64,000 bases of DNA. Origin: Acidobacteriota bacterium. Its GTDB lineage: Bacteria > Acidobacteriota > Terriglobia > Terriglobales > Acidobacteriaceae. The DNA lies in contig JAGWNX010000004.1 in NCBI GenBank assembly GCA_028872955.1, forward strand, positions 26,075 through 90,074, given 5' to 3'. How positions within the stretch are numbered: the first letter of the stretch is position 1; every line of letters starts with the position of its first letter. The translations under genes and the position numbers were made by a program. Shown here in pieces: positions 1-12,546 of the stretch. Under the pieces are notes generated by a model. That model made no database searches and had not been told where the DNA came from. It saw only the letters and a program-made list of their open reading frames with translations.

Positions 1-1
1 G

Positions 2-1249
2 CTGCTCAACTGGCTTCTGGCCCGCACCATGGTGCGCTTCCAGTGGCAGGCACGGCTCCGGCTGCTGCAGCTCGGGCTGCTGCTGAACACCGCAGCGCTC
101 AGCATCTACAAGTACACCGGCTTCCTGGTCACCACGGCTGCGGCAGTGCTGCATCGCAACTGGCGAGCCCCTGCCATTTCGTTTCCGCTGGGCATCAGCT
201 TCTTCACCATTGTGCAGGTCATGTACCTGCTGGACTGCTACGAAGAACTTGTGCCTGCGCTGGGTGCGCTGGACTATGCCACCTTCGTCAGCTTCTTTCC
301 CAGCATTCTCTCCGGACCGCTGGCGCGCGCTGGCTTACTCCAGCCGCAGTTGCAACGCCTGGGTGGAGAGCCGGGCCGCACGGCAGAGCAAGTGGCGCGA
401 GGCCTGTTGCAGTTTGCCATCGGCATGTTCAAAAAGATCGTCTTCGCCGGAGCCTTCTCTTCGGTGGCCAACGTGGGCTTTCAGCGTGGCGCGCATCTGT
501 CTGCCCTGGAGGCGTGGCTGTGCAGTGCCGCCTACACGCTGCAGATCTACTTTGACTTCAGCGGCTACACCGACATGGCCATCGGCTCTGCCCGCATGCT
601 GGGCGTCGAGCTGCCGCGCAACTTCAATGCCCCGCTGCGCTCGCGCTCCATCATCGAGTTCTGGCAGCGCTGGCACATTACCCTCTCCAACTTCATTACC
701 ACCTATCTGTACACCCCGATTGTGCGCCGCTTCCGTAAGATCACCCTGGCGAAGGCCGCGTTGGCCACTCTGCTGGCCATGACCATCGCCGGGCTGTGGC
801 ATGGGCCGTCCTGGAACTTCGTGCTCTTCGGCATGATGCACGGCGCGGGCCTGGTGGTGAACCAGTACTGGCGCAAGAAGAAGATGCCTAAGCTGCCCGG
901 CTGGCTCTCTCTGGCCCTGACGCTGCTGCTGGTGAATACCGCGTTTGTAGTCTTCCGCGCGGCAGACCTGGCCCAGGCCGGTACCGTGCTGCGCACGATG
1001 CTGACGCCGCACCACGCCGCCGGCCTCGAGTCGCTGCGTGCCGCGCGGTTGGATCTAAGTGCCTTCAAGGTGCTGGTTGCCATGCCAGCGGGCGTACTCG
1101 CCGCCTTTCTGGGGCCAAGCTCCGACGAGTGGTGCCAGCGCTGGCAGCCCACTGCCTGGACCGCCCTGGGCGTGGCCGGCATGGTGATGATGAGCATGAT
1201 CTACCAGATCTTCAACGTATCGCAGGACTTTGTGTACTTCCGGTTTTAG
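2..1249 (+). CDS. MBOAT family O-acyltransferase (AlgI/DltB-like), 5'-truncated by the window edge
   Basis: Motifs PLGISFFT, LQIYFDFSGYTDMAIG, EFWQRWHITLS and GLWHG. The frame is open from position 2, upstream of the ATG at 29. Confidence 0.9.
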   Translation: MLNWLLARTMVRFQWQARLRLLQLGLLLNTAALSIYKYTGFLVTTAAAVLHRNWRAPAISFPLGISFFTIVQVMYLLDCYEELVPALGALDYATFVSFFPSILSGPLARAGLLQPQLQRLGGEPGRTAEQVARGLLQFAIGMFKKIVFAGAFSSVANVGFQRGAHLSALEAWLCSAAYTLQIYFDFSGYTDMAIGSARMLGVELPRNFNAPLRSRSIIEFWQRWHITLSNFITTYLYTPIVRRFRKITLAKAALATLLAMTIAGLWHGPSWNFVLFGMMHGAGLVVNQYWRKKKMPKLPGWLSLALTLLLVNTAFVVFRAADLAQAGTVLRTMLTPHHAAGLESLRAARLDLSAFKVLVAMPAGVLAAFLGPSSDEWCQRWQPTAWTALGVAGMVMMSMIYQIFNVSQDFVYFRF

Positions 1250-1259
1250 GGAGCTGGGT

Positions 1260-2222
1260 ATGAGCTACAAGCGATGGCTGGGCATGGTGGCGATGGTGAT
1301 GGTTGCGATCACCGCGCTGCTGGCGGCGGCGATGCTGCAAAGCATCGGCTACGTCCGCACCGAGCGCTTCCGCGCCAACGCGACAGACCCCTACCTGCTG
1401 ACCGAAGAACGCGCCTTCCATCTGCGCCACCAGGAGTGCGACGTGCTGATCTACGGCGACTCCACCGCGCTGACGGGCGTAGCTCCGCAGGTGGTGCAGC
1501 AACGCACCGGCCTGACCAGTTGCAACATCAGTGTGCCGGTCAGCACGCTACTGGTGCTGGGCACGCTGCCGGTAGATGCCTATCTGCAACAGAATCGCAA
1601 GCCACGCATTCTGGTGCTGCAGCTTGGGCCGGAGACGCTGTACCTCTCACATCGCTGGGAGACCCAGGCCGCGGACTACCCAATCGCCCTGCTGCTGCGC
1701 GACCAGCCCACCGTGCGGGCCCTGCAGCAGCTGGCCCTTCATCCCGCGCAGGCCGTCCTGTTCTTCTGGCCGGTTACGCGGTACAGGCTGCTGCCGGATC
1801 GCGGCAAGGTGGCCACCTTCCGGCAAACGTTTGGCCCGGCGCTGCAACGCGCGGACCAGCAGGGCGGCCTGCTGACGCTGCCCTCGCCTGCGCAGACCGC
1901 ATGCGACACGGTGCCTCGTGCTCTGGCCAGCCAGCCAGACCTCGCCTGGCTCGACGAAATGCGGCAACGCTATGCCGCGCAAGGCATTATGGTGGTCGTT
2001 CGAGCTTCGCCCGTGCCGGCCTGCGATCCTGACCTGGTGCGCTTCCAGAGCGAACTGGCAGGGCACGTGGACATGAACGTGCTGCCGCTGCCGATCACGT
2101 ACTTCAACGACCGCAACCGGCACATGACAGCCGAGGGCGCGCGGGTCGAGACGGAGCAGCTGACGGACCTGCTTAGCAGCCATCTCCCCGGCCGCGTCAA
2201 CACCCCGCCAGCCGGGCAGTAA
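1260..2222 (+). CDS. Membrane-anchored SGNH-like protein, probable partner of the MBOAT acyltransferase
   Basis: N-terminal TM helix, IYGDS block-I-like motif, C-terminal FNDRNRH. Starts 10 nt after the MBOAT stop. Confidence 0.55.
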   Translation: MSYKRWLGMVAMVMVAITALLAAAMLQSIGYVRTERFRANATDPYLLTEERAFHLRHQECDVLIYGDSTALTGVAPQVVQQRTGLTSCNISVPVSTLLVLGTLPVDAYLQQNRKPRILVLQLGPETLYLSHRWETQAADYPIALLLRDQPTVRALQQLALHPAQAVLFFWPVTRYRLLPDRGKVATFRQTFGPALQRADQQGGLLTLPSPAQTACDTVPRALASQPDLAWLDEMRQRYAAQGIMVVVRASPVPACDPDLVRFQSELAGHVDMNVLPLPITYFNDRNRHMTAEGARVETEQLTDLLSSHLPGRVNTPPAGQ

Positions 2223-2328
2223 CCCAAGTTGCTGCAGCAGGTTACGCGTCACTGCCGGGCAGCCGGATCAGGGTGCTAGCCCGTTGTCCTGAGATACACC
2301 GGCGTTGCCATAGGAGTAACCCTTTGCG

Positions 2329-2337
2329 TGGTATACT
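2329..2337 (+). promoter_or_regulatory. Extended -10 promoter (TGnTATACT) upstream of gyrB
   Basis: TG-G-TATACT about 128 nt upstream of the gyrB ATG. Confidence 0.5.
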
Positions 2338-2353
2338 TAAGGGACGGAGCTGA

Positions 2354-5080
<2,727 letters not shown>

Positions 5081-5098
5081 GGTTCGGGCACATACTTC

Positions 5099-5129
5099 AA
5101 AAGGCCTCGCCACGCGGCGGGGCCTTTTT
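5099..5129. terminator. Bidirectional intrinsic terminator between gyrB and the SDR gene
   Basis: AAAAGGCCTCGCC-acgc-GGCGGGGCCTTTTT hairpin with A and T tracts between convergent genes. Confidence 0.85.
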
Positions 5130-5152
5130 GCATGTGCGCGGCATACCCTGCG

Positions 5153-5884
5153 CTAACCCATATGGCGGACGATGAGCTGCGGGATGCGGACGTTGGGCGG
5201 CTGCGTGCATACGTAGACGACGGACCCGGCGACCTCAGACGGCTCCATCATGCGGGAGTTGTCAATAAACTCCTGCGTGCGACCGTGACCCAACGCGAAC
5301 TCCGACTTGACTCCGCCCGGGCAGACAACGCTCACCTTGATGTTGTGCTTGCGCAGCTCTGCATCCAACGACTGCGCCAGGCCGACCTGGGCAAACTTCG
5401 TGGCCGAGTAGACCGCCTCGCCCGCGGCACCCTGCAACCCGGCGACCGACGAGACGAAGATCACCGTGCCGGAGCCCTGCTGGATCATCGACGGCACGGC
5501 GTGGCGCGTGAACAGGAATCCTGAGCGCAGATTGGTATTGAGCAGCGCATCGTACTCTGCGGCCGAGGTCTCGACGAAGGGCTTGTAGTCACCGATGCCG
5601 GCGTTGTTGATGAGGATATCGAGTCGGCCCAGGCTGGAGAGCGCAAGCCCGACGGCCTGCTGTGCGGTGGCCTCCTCGGCCGCGTCGCCGACCACGGCCA
5701 GGGCGCGGCAGCCCAGCGTGGAGATCTGCTGGCAGAGCGCGGCGAGCCGCTCGGCACGGCGCGCAGTCACCACCAGGTCTGCCCCCTGGCGGGCCAGCGC
5801 CAGCGCAGTAGCGTGGCCAATGCCAGAGCTGGCCCCGGTAACAAGTGCGACCCGGCCGACGAGGGATGCGTGAGCGGTGGACAT
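5153..5884 (-). CDS. Short-chain dehydrogenase/reductase (SDR)
   Basis: VTGASSGIG, NNAG, YSATK. It is the C-terminal 243 aa of the 496-aa track ORF, and the start at 5884 has an upstream GAGGA. Confidence 0.92.
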   Translation of the reverse strand: MSTAHASLVGRVALVTGASSGIGHATALALARQGADLVVTARRAERLAALCQQISTLGCRALAVVGDAAEEATAQQAVGLALSSLGRLDILINNAGIGDYKPFVETSAAEYDALLNTNLRSGFLFTRHAVPSMIQQGSGTVIFVSSVAGLQGAAGEAVYSATKFAQVGLAQSLDAELRKHNIKVSVVCPGGVKSEFALGHGRTQEFIDNSRMMEPSEVAGSVVYVCTQPPNVRIPQLIVRHMG

Positions 5885-5926
5885 GATCTGGCTGCGACTC
5901 CTCAGCGTGGATGCTACCATCCGGCT

Positions 5927-6715
5927 ATGTCGATGCACGAGACAGCGGTGCTGGTGGAGGCAACGGGCCTGGTGAAGGAGTACACCAGCGAAGGCCGCCG
6001 CAGCCGCGTGGTAGACAACGTCTCGCTCACCATTCGGCGCGGGGAGACGCTGGGGCTGGTGGGCGAGTCTGGCAGCGGCAAGAGCACCGTGGCGCGCATG
6101 CTGCTGCGGCTGCTGGAGCCGACGGCGGGCCGCGTCTGCTTCGACGGCATCGACGTGCTGCGGGCCTCTGGCGCGGAGCTGCGCGCGCTGCGTCGCCGCA
6201 TGCAGATCGTCTTCCAGGACCCCTACGCGGCGCTGAACCCGCGGATGCGTGTGCGCGAGATTCTGGCGGAACCCTTCGCCATCCACCGGGTGCAGCCCAA
6301 GGGTGGCCTGGAGCCGCACCTGCGCACCATGCTGGCGCGGGTCGGGCTGGAGGCGAGTGCCCTGCCCCGGTACCCGCACGAGTTCAGCGGCGGCCAGCGG
6401 CAGCGCATCAACATTGCGCGCGCCCTGGCGCTGCAGCCCAGCCTGGTGGTGCTGGATGAGCCCGTCAGCGCGCTGGACGTGAGCGTAGGCGCACAGGTGG
6501 TGAACCTGCTGCGCGAGCTGCAGCGCGAACACGGCCTGACCTACCTGTTCATCTCGCACTCCATGCCGCTGGTGCGCTACCTGTGTGACCGCGTCGCGGT
6601 GCTGCGGGGCGGGTGCCTGGTGGAGGAGGGCGATGCCCTGCACGTGTGTGACGCGCCGCGCCAGCCCTACACGCAGTCGCTGCTGGCTGCCACGCCCGAG
6701 CTGCCGGTCCGCTGA
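5927..6715 (+). CDS. Oligopeptide/dipeptide-type ABC transporter ATP-binding protein
   Basis: GESGSGKS, IVFQDPY, FSGGQRQR, VVLDEP, ISH, PYTQSLL. Confidence 0.92.
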   Translation: MSMHETAVLVEATGLVKEYTSEGRRSRVVDNVSLTIRRGETLGLVGESGSGKSTVARMLLRLLEPTAGRVCFDGIDVLRASGAELRALRRRMQIVFQDPYAALNPRMRVREILAEPFAIHRVQPKGGLEPHLRTMLARVGLEASALPRYPHEFSGGQRQRINIARALALQPSLVVLDEPVSALDVSVGAQVVNLLRELQREHGLTYLFISHSMPLVRYLCDRVAVLRGGCLVEEGDALHVCDAPRQPYTQSLLAATPELPVR

Positions 6716-6836
6716 GAGCGACCCGCTGAACGTGCAGGCCGATCCATAGCTGCCAAATAGTTCGCGACTCTTCAGGGTGCATTAAGCCTGGCACGCCAGA
6801 CTAAGAACACGCAGCATCCATCCACGGAGGATTCAC

Positions 6837-7304
6837 ATGAACACAGCCCGCAACATCGTGTTGGCAGCACTTACTCTCTCCGCCACTTTGGCGGCCCACG
6901 GCAGCTCCGACAAGCGAATTACGGCATCGCAACTGCCAGCGCCGGTGCTGGCGATTGCTCAGAACGAGACGAAGGGCGCTATCATTAAAGGCTACGCCAC
7001 TGAAGTAGAGAACGGTGCCCGGGTGTATGAGGTGGAAACCGTGGTAGCGGGTCACACCCGCGACCTGCAGATTGCCTCCGATGGCACATTGAATGAGATT
7101 GAAGAGGAGGTACAGTTCGACTCTTTGAGTGAGCCTGTTCGCACCAGCCTGATGGCAAAGGCTAAAGGCGCGCGCATTGTGAAGGTGGAATCCCTGACCA
7201 AAGGCGGCAAGCTGGTTGCCTACGAGGCAGCAACCGTGCGCGGTACTCGCCACGGTGAGGTGCAGACAGGCCCCAGCGGAGAAACGCTGTCGCACGAAGA
7301 GTAG
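6837..7304 (+). CDS. Secreted protein with two PepSY-like/BLIP-like repeats
   Basis: Signal peptide, GGAGG SD, two ~60-aa repeats (LPAPV..YEVE..DG and LSEPV..YEAA..SG). Confidence 0.65.
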   Translation: MNTARNIVLAALTLSATLAAHGSSDKRITASQLPAPVLAIAQNETKGAIIKGYATEVENGARVYEVETVVAGHTRDLQIASDGTLNEIEEEVQFDSLSEPVRTSLMAKAKGARIVKVESLTKGGKLVAYEAATVRGTRHGEVQTGPSGETLSHEE

Positions 7305-7315
7305 AACCGTCATGC

Positions 7316-8095
7316 ATGCTTAATGGCCTGGTACCGCACTGGCACTATTTGTGGCTGGTGACCGCATCGTTGATCGCCGGCGTGATGAACGCCATGGCCG
7401 GCGGTGGCTCGTTCGTGTCCTTCCCTGCGATGCTCACGATGGGCATTGCACCGATCCAGGCAAACGCCACGAACACGGTGGCGCTGTGGCCGGGCCAGGT
7501 CACCAGCGTGACGGCGCTGCGGCACGACCTGCGCCGCGACCTGCTGCCGGTGGTGCTGGCGGCTTCGGTGCTGGGTGGCGTGGGCGGCGCGGTGCTGCTG
7601 CTGCACACGCGGCAGATCACCTTTCTGCACATGGTTCCGTGGCTGCTGCTGGTTGCGTCCGTGCTGTTCGGCCTCAGCGGGCCGGTGGGCCGGTGGCTCA
7701 AGGCACGCTCAGATCAGCCACACAAGGAGCGCAGCGGCGGCAAGTTGGCCCTGTTCTTTGCCCTGTTGCCGGTGTGTCTCTACATTGGGTACTTCGGCGC
7801 GGGCGCGGGCTTTCTGATTATGACGGCCCTGGCGCTGTTTGGCCTGGAGAAGATGCATGAGCTGAATGCGCTGAAGGTGACGGCGGCGTGCCTCTCGAAC
7901 CTGAGCGCCGTGGTTACATTCATCTTTGGCGGGGCCATTGTCTGGCACTACTGCCTGCTCTCCATGATCTTTGCCGGGGTTGGTGGCTACGTGGGCGCAC
8001 TGTACGCCCGACGGATGAACGCCAACGTGCTGCGCACCATTGTGGTGGTGACGGGCTGCGCCATGGCCGCCTACTTCTTCTGGAGGAATGGATGA
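7316..8095 (+). CDS. TauE/SafE (TSUP) family membrane transporter
   Basis: AGVMNAMAGGGS, ANATNTVALWPG, YIGYFGAGAG; multiple TM helices. Confidence 0.88.
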   Translation: MLNGLVPHWHYLWLVTASLIAGVMNAMAGGGSFVSFPAMLTMGIAPIQANATNTVALWPGQVTSVTALRHDLRRDLLPVVLAASVLGGVGGAVLLLHTRQITFLHMVPWLLLVASVLFGLSGPVGRWLKARSDQPHKERSGGKLALFFALLPVCLYIGYFGAGAGFLIMTALALFGLEKMHELNALKVTAACLSNLSAVVTFIFGGAIVWHYCLLSMIFAGVGGYVGALYARRMNANVLRTIVVVTGCAMAAYFFWRNG

Positions 8096-8391
8096 CCGAC
8101 TTCAGCAGACCATCCGTCGAGATGCTGGGCTTTGCGGCAGCCACGCTGACGACGACGGCCTTTGTGCCGCAGCTGGTGCGCGTCCTGCGGCTACGCTCGG
8201 CACGCGACATCTCGCTGGGCACATTCCTCATGTTTTCCGTGGGCGTGCTGCTGTGGTTTGTGTATGGGATCTTGAGTGGATCGAAGCCGGTGCTGGTCTC
8301 GAACGGAATTACCCTGCTGCTCTCCGTGAGCATTCTGGGGTTGAAGCTCTGGTATGGACACAGCAACGCAGGGGAAGGGAAAGAACGATGA
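8092..8391 (+). CDS. SemiSWEET (PQ-loop) transporter
   Basis: LGFAAATLTTTAFVPQL..SARDISL..GVLLWFVYG; three TM helices; ATGA overlap with the upstream stop. Confidence 0.88.
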   Translation: MTDFSRPSVEMLGFAAATLTTTAFVPQLVRVLRLRSARDISLGTFLMFSVGVLLWFVYGILSGSKPVLVSNGITLLLSVSILGLKLWYGHSNAGEGKER

Positions 8392-8825
8392 GTCACGAGG
8401 GCATCAGGATAGTGAGCGCGGACGAGGCGAAGCGCGATGCGGAGCTGGCCAGGCTGCCGCCAGAGGCCACCTCACCGCAGAAGATCCGGGTGAAGAAGAC
8501 CGAGGGTACCGGAGTCGAGATCGACTGGAAGGACGGCCACCACAGCGCGTGGAGCTTTGCCTGGCTGCGCAACGGCTGCCCGTGCGCCACCTGCCATGAC
8601 GAGCGCGAGAAGAGCGGCCGCAAGCCCGGAGAGGCAAAGCCCAAGCCGCAGACGCTGCTGATGATGTATGAGGAACCGCCGCGCCCCGTTGAGGTGACAC
8701 CCGTCGGCAACTATGCGCTCAAGTTCAAATGGAACGATGGGCACGAGGCCGGAATCTACAGTTGGGAGTATTTGCGCCGCGTCTGCCGCTGTGCAGCTTG
8801 CCAGCAGAAAGACAACCTGCTCTAG
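8388..8825 (+). CDS. DUF971 / gamma-butyrobetaine hydroxylase N-terminal-like protein
   Basis: WKDGH..WLRNGCPCATC and VGNYALKFKWNDGHEAGIYSWEYL. Confidence 0.85.
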   Translation: MSHEGIRIVSADEAKRDAELARLPPEATSPQKIRVKKTEGTGVEIDWKDGHHSAWSFAWLRNGCPCATCHDEREKSGRKPGEAKPKPQTLLMMYEEPPRPVEVTPVGNYALKFKWNDGHEAGIYSWEYLRRVCRCAACQQKDNLL

Positions 8826-8829
8826 GGTG

Positions 8830-9396
8830 TCATCCGCAGGTGTAGCCCATCTGCTGCAACTGCACAAAGGCCTGGGCTACGGTCTCGACCTGCAGCAGGA
8901 TGCTGCGGCTTTTCGGCTTCAGCACGCCGTGCGCTACGGCGTGGTCCAGAAAGCGCACCAGGTCGTCGTAGAAGCCGTTGATGTTCAGCAGCACGATGGG
9001 CTTGTTGTGCAGGCGCAGCGTCTGCCAGGCCAGCACCTCAAACATCTCCTCCAGCGTGCCGTAGCCGCCCGGCAGGATGAAGAAGGCGTCGGCCTTCTCA
9101 CTCATCAGCGCTTTACGCGTGTGCATGGTATCGACCACGTGCAGCTCGGAGATGCCTTCGTGCGCGACTTCGAGATCGACCAGCACCTCTGGGATGACGC
9201 CAACGACGTGACCACCGGCCTCGAGACATGCCTCGGCGACAGCGCCCATCAGGCCCACCTTGGCCCCACCGTAGATCAGGCCCACGTTCCGCGCTGCCAG
9301 GGTTTGGCCAAGCTCTTGCGCGGCCTGGCGGTAGACGGGGCTGGCGCCCTCCGCTGAGGCACAGTAGACGGCGATCGAGGTGAGTGCAGAGCTCAT
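8830..9396 (-). CDS. LOG family nucleotide phosphoribohydrolase (TIGR00730-like)
   Basis: IAVYCAS, LIYGG..GLMG, MHTRK, PGGYGTLEE; C-terminal 188 aa of the 679-aa track ORF. Confidence 0.92.
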   Translation of the reverse strand: MSSALTSIAVYCASAEGASPVYRQAAQELGQTLAARNVGLIYGGAKVGLMGAVAEACLEAGGHVVGVIPEVLVDLEVAHEGISELHVVDTMHTRKALMSEKADAFFILPGGYGTLEEMFEVLAWQTLRLHNKPIVLLNINGFYDDLVRFLDHAVAHGVLKPKSRSILLQVETVAQAFVQLQQMGYTCG

Positions 9397-9630
9397 AGCA
9401 ACAGCATAGCCTGCGCCGTGCCGTGCTGGCGTGAATGGACGATTGCAGCACGCAGGATTGTGGCAGCGGAGGTGCAGCACCGGGCCGAGCACTCTGGCAG
9501 TGATGTGCAGTCGGCAGACAAGCGTTCCACGGTGGTTGTGAATAACCGGGGAGTGCGCAGAAGCCTGCACTGGCGCGGCTGCGCGGCAGTAGGCAGCAGG
9601 CAGCTCTGCGCCTAAAATCATGAAGGGAGT

Positions 9631-12474
9631 GTGAGACCGTTGAGCCGATTGCTCGAGAAGATGAACCCGCAGCAGCAGGAGGGCATCCGCACGGTCGATG
9701 GCCCGGTGCTGCTGCTGGCTGGTGCTGGCAGCGGCAAGACGCGCGTGATTACGCATCGCATCGCGTACCTGATTGAAGAGCGTGGTGTACCGGCCGACCA
9801 GATTCTTGCCGTCACCTTTACCAATAAAGCCGCGCGAGAGATGCAGGAGCGCGTGGAAAAGATCCTGGGCCATACCACGCTGGCCAAGCCGACGCTGGCC
9901 ACCTTTCACAGCTTCTGCGTGCGCGTTCTGCGCCGCGATATCGAGGCCATGCGGCAGAACGGCAAGGGGCTCACCAAGACCTTTGCCATCTACGATGAGA
10001 CCGATCAGCAGGCCGTGGTGAAGGCGGCGCTGAAGCGCCTGGCCATTGACGATAAGAGCCTGAAGCCGCGTGTCGCGCTGGGCCGCATCAGTTGGGCCAA
10101 GAACCACATGATCGACCCGCAGGAGTACTTCCTGGCCAGCAGCAATCCCATGGAAGAGCGGATCGCGCATATCTACGAGATCTATCGCAAGGAGCTGGCC
10201 AAGGCCAATGCGCTGGACTTTGACGATCTGTTGCTGGAGACCGTTCGCCTGCTGAAGGGGTACAGCGACGTGCGCGAGCGCTACAACCGGCGCTATCGCT
10301 ACGTGATGATCGACGAGTACCAGGACACCAACCGGCCCCAGTACGAGCTGATGAAGCTGCTGGCCGGCGACCACAAGAACATCTGCGTCGTGGGCGATGA
10401 GGACCAGTCCATCTACAGCTGGCGTGGTGCAGATATCAAGAACATTCTGGACTTCGAGAAGGACTTTCCTGAGACGCGAACCATCCGGCTGGAGCAGAAC
10501 TACCGCTCCACGCAGATCATTCTGGAAGGCGCGAGCGCCGTGGTGGCGCAGAACACGCAGCGCAAGGGTAAGAACCTCTTCACCACGCGCGAAGGCGGCA
10601 GCCTGATTGGCTACTACGAAGCGCCCGATGGCGAGAACGAGGCGCTGTTTATCGCAGACCGCATCCAGAAGTACCTGCGCACCGCCGGGCAGGAGCAGGA
10701 TCAGCCGCGCTGCGCCGTGCTGTACCGCACCAACTCGCAGTCCCGCCTGGTGGAAGAGGCGCTGCGCCGCTACGGCGTTCAGTACCACATGGTGGGTGGC
10801 TTCAGCTTCTACGACCGTGCAGAGATTAAGGACCTGCTCTGTTACATGAAGCTGGTGCTGAATCCACACGACTCCATTGCCCTGTCGCGCGTGGTCAACT
10901 CGCCGCCGCGCGGCATCGGCAAGACGACCATGGAGACGCTGGAGCGCATGGCCCTGACCACCGGCATGAGTGTGTGGGATGCGATCGCCCGTGCGGCAGA
11001 GGAGAAGCTCTTACCGGGCCGCGCGCTGAGTGCGCTGGAGACCTTCCGCCGCCTGATTCTGGACGCGCGCGCCATGCTGGGGCCGGGCTTTGCCGAGCAA
11101 TTAGCCGCCGATGCCCGCGGCGAGCAGCTGGGAGACGCAGCCGAGTTGAGCACGGCAAGCCTGGGCGATGAGGCTGCCGCGCCGGAGCTGGACACGCACC
11201 TGGGTGAGGCGAGCGATGCCGACCGCGACTTCGACACCAGCTTCAACTTCGGCTTCGACTTTGGCCCCACCGAAGAGCGGAGCACGATTGCTGCAGAGAA
11301 CAGTACCGACTCGGACGCGGCGCACGGCATTGATCTTGCGAGCTTCAATCCATTCGCACCGGTGGTGGAGAAGCGGAGCAACGCTGCACAGAGCAGCAGA
11401 TCTGGCAGGCGCGAGGCCGCACCGCCTGCAACCTCGCAGGTGGCTGAGGCGCGCGGCCGCAACGAGGATCGCCCCGCATTCCGCCAGCCCGGTGAAGCAG
11501 CCACACTGCCGGAGCTGATTAAATTTCTGAACGACCGCAGCGGCTACATTCGCTCGCTGGAGGAGGAGGCCACGCCAGAGGCCTTCTCGCGCATTGAGAA
11601 CCTGAAGGAGTTGGCCAACGCCGCACAGGACGCGCAGGAGCGCGGCGAGACGCTGCAGGAGTTTCTGGACCACGCCGCGCTGGTCTCTGACGCAGACAGC
11701 TATAGCGAAGAGGCGCGCGTGACCTTGATGACCCTGCACGCCGCGAAGGGACTGGAGTTTCCGCTCGTCTTTCTGACCGGCATGGAGGAAGGGCTGTTTC
11801 CGCACTCGCGGACGTTTACTGACCCCACCGGCATGGAGGAGGAACGCCGGCTGTGCTACGTGGGCATGACGCGCGCCATGGACACACTGGTGCTGACGCG
11901 CGCCCGCTACCAGCGCCGCTACGGCAGCGACATGCCAGAGGCCAGCGTGGCCTCGCGCTTCCTGGAAGAGGTGCCGAGTCGGCTGGTGGAGGACTTGGGC
12001 AGCCCGGCAGCACGGCCGCAGTTCAGCAGTGGCGAGTCGAGAAGCGGCTTCAGCGGACGTCCCTATGCCACGCCGTATCCAAAGCGCGGCGGCAGCGCAG
12101 AAGAGGGCGAACGCCACTACAGCTACGAGGATGAAGATCAATCGCAGAGCTATGGCAGCAGCAGCGCGGCGCGGCGTCCTGCGGTCACGCGTGGCGGTGG
12201 CGGCTCGCTGGATAACATTGCCAGCTTCTTTGCGGCGCGCGGACAACGGCCGCCCGCGACGGCTGCCCGGCCGAGCGCAGCCAAAGTGCCCGTGCCGGAG
12301 CCGACCGGCAAGACCGGTCTGCGCCAGGGCACCCGCGTGCGCCACCCCAAGTATGGCGAAGGAACTGTCTTTCGCCGCGAAGGGGATGGGGATGACGCGA
12401 AGATTACAGTACAATTTCAACAGCACGGTGTGAAGAAGCTGGTGGAGAGGTTCGCCCAGCTCGAGCGCCTCTAG
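9631..12474 (+). CDS. pcrA: ATP-dependent DNA helicase PcrA/UvrD
   Basis: AGAGSGKT, TFTNKAA, DEYQDTN, VGDEDQSIY, LEQNYRS, TLHAAKGLEF, EERRLCYVGMTRA, C-terminal RVRHPKYGEG domain. The start may be TTG 9640. Confidence 0.95.
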   Translation: MRPLSRLLEKMNPQQQEGIRTVDGPVLLLAGAGSGKTRVITHRIAYLIEERGVPADQILAVTFTNKAAREMQERVEKILGHTTLAKPTLATFHSFCVRVLRRDIEAMRQNGKGLTKTFAIYDETDQQAVVKAALKRLAIDDKSLKPRVALGRISWAKNHMIDPQEYFLASSNPMEERIAHIYEIYRKELAKANALDFDDLLLETVRLLKGYSDVRERYNRRYRYVMIDEYQDTNRPQYELMKLLAGDHKNICVVGDEDQSIYSWRGADIKNILDFEKDFPETRTIRLEQNYRSTQIILEGASAVVAQNTQRKGKNLFTTREGGSLIGYYEAPDGENEALFIADRIQKYLRTAGQEQDQPRCAVLYRTNSQSRLVEEALRRYGVQYHMVGGFSFYDRAEIKDLLCYMKLVLNPHDSIALSRVVNSPPRGIGKTTMETLERMALTTGMSVWDAIARAAEEKLLPGRALSALETFRRLILDARAMLGPGFAEQLAADARGEQLGDAAELSTASLGDEAAAPELDTHLGEASDADRDFDTSFNFGFDFGPTEERSTIAAENSTDSDAAHGIDLASFNPFAPVVEKRSNAAQSSRSGRREAAPPATSQVAEARGRNEDRPAFRQPGEAATLPELIKFLNDRSGYIRSLEEEATPEAFSRIENLKELANAAQDAQERGETLQEFLDHAALVSDADSYSEEARVTLMTLHAAKGLEFPLVFLTGMEEGLFPHSRTFTDPTGMEEERRLCYVGMTRAMDTLVLTRARYQRRYGSDMPEASVASRFLEEVPSRLVEDLGSPAARPQFSSGESRSGFSGRPYATPYPKRGGSAEEGERHYSYEDEDQSQSYGSSSAARRPAVTRGGGGSLDNIASFFAARGQRPPATAARPSAAKVPVPEPTGKTGLRQGTRVRHPKYGEGTVFRREGDGDDAKITVQFQQHGVKKLVERFAQLERL

Positions 12475-12546
12475 CCCACGCCGCTGGAGCCAAACAAGGT
12501 TCACACTGGCGCATCTCTAGACCCACAGAAAGATTGGCATTCGTAC

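Noticed and set aside
5153-6643. 496-aa minus ORF as an SDR fusion
   Set aside because: Its N-terminal half is the antisense shadow of the ABC ATPase; the real SDR starts at 5884.
9524-9538. GTTC-N7-GTTG as a LexA box upstream of pcrA
   Set aside because: It has one mismatch to GTTC-N7-GTTC and lies about 75 nt from the candidate -10 (TAAAAT 9613-9618), so it could be chance.
8830-10869. 679-aa minus ORF as a large LOG protein
   Set aside because: The region above 9396 is the antisense shadow of pcrA.
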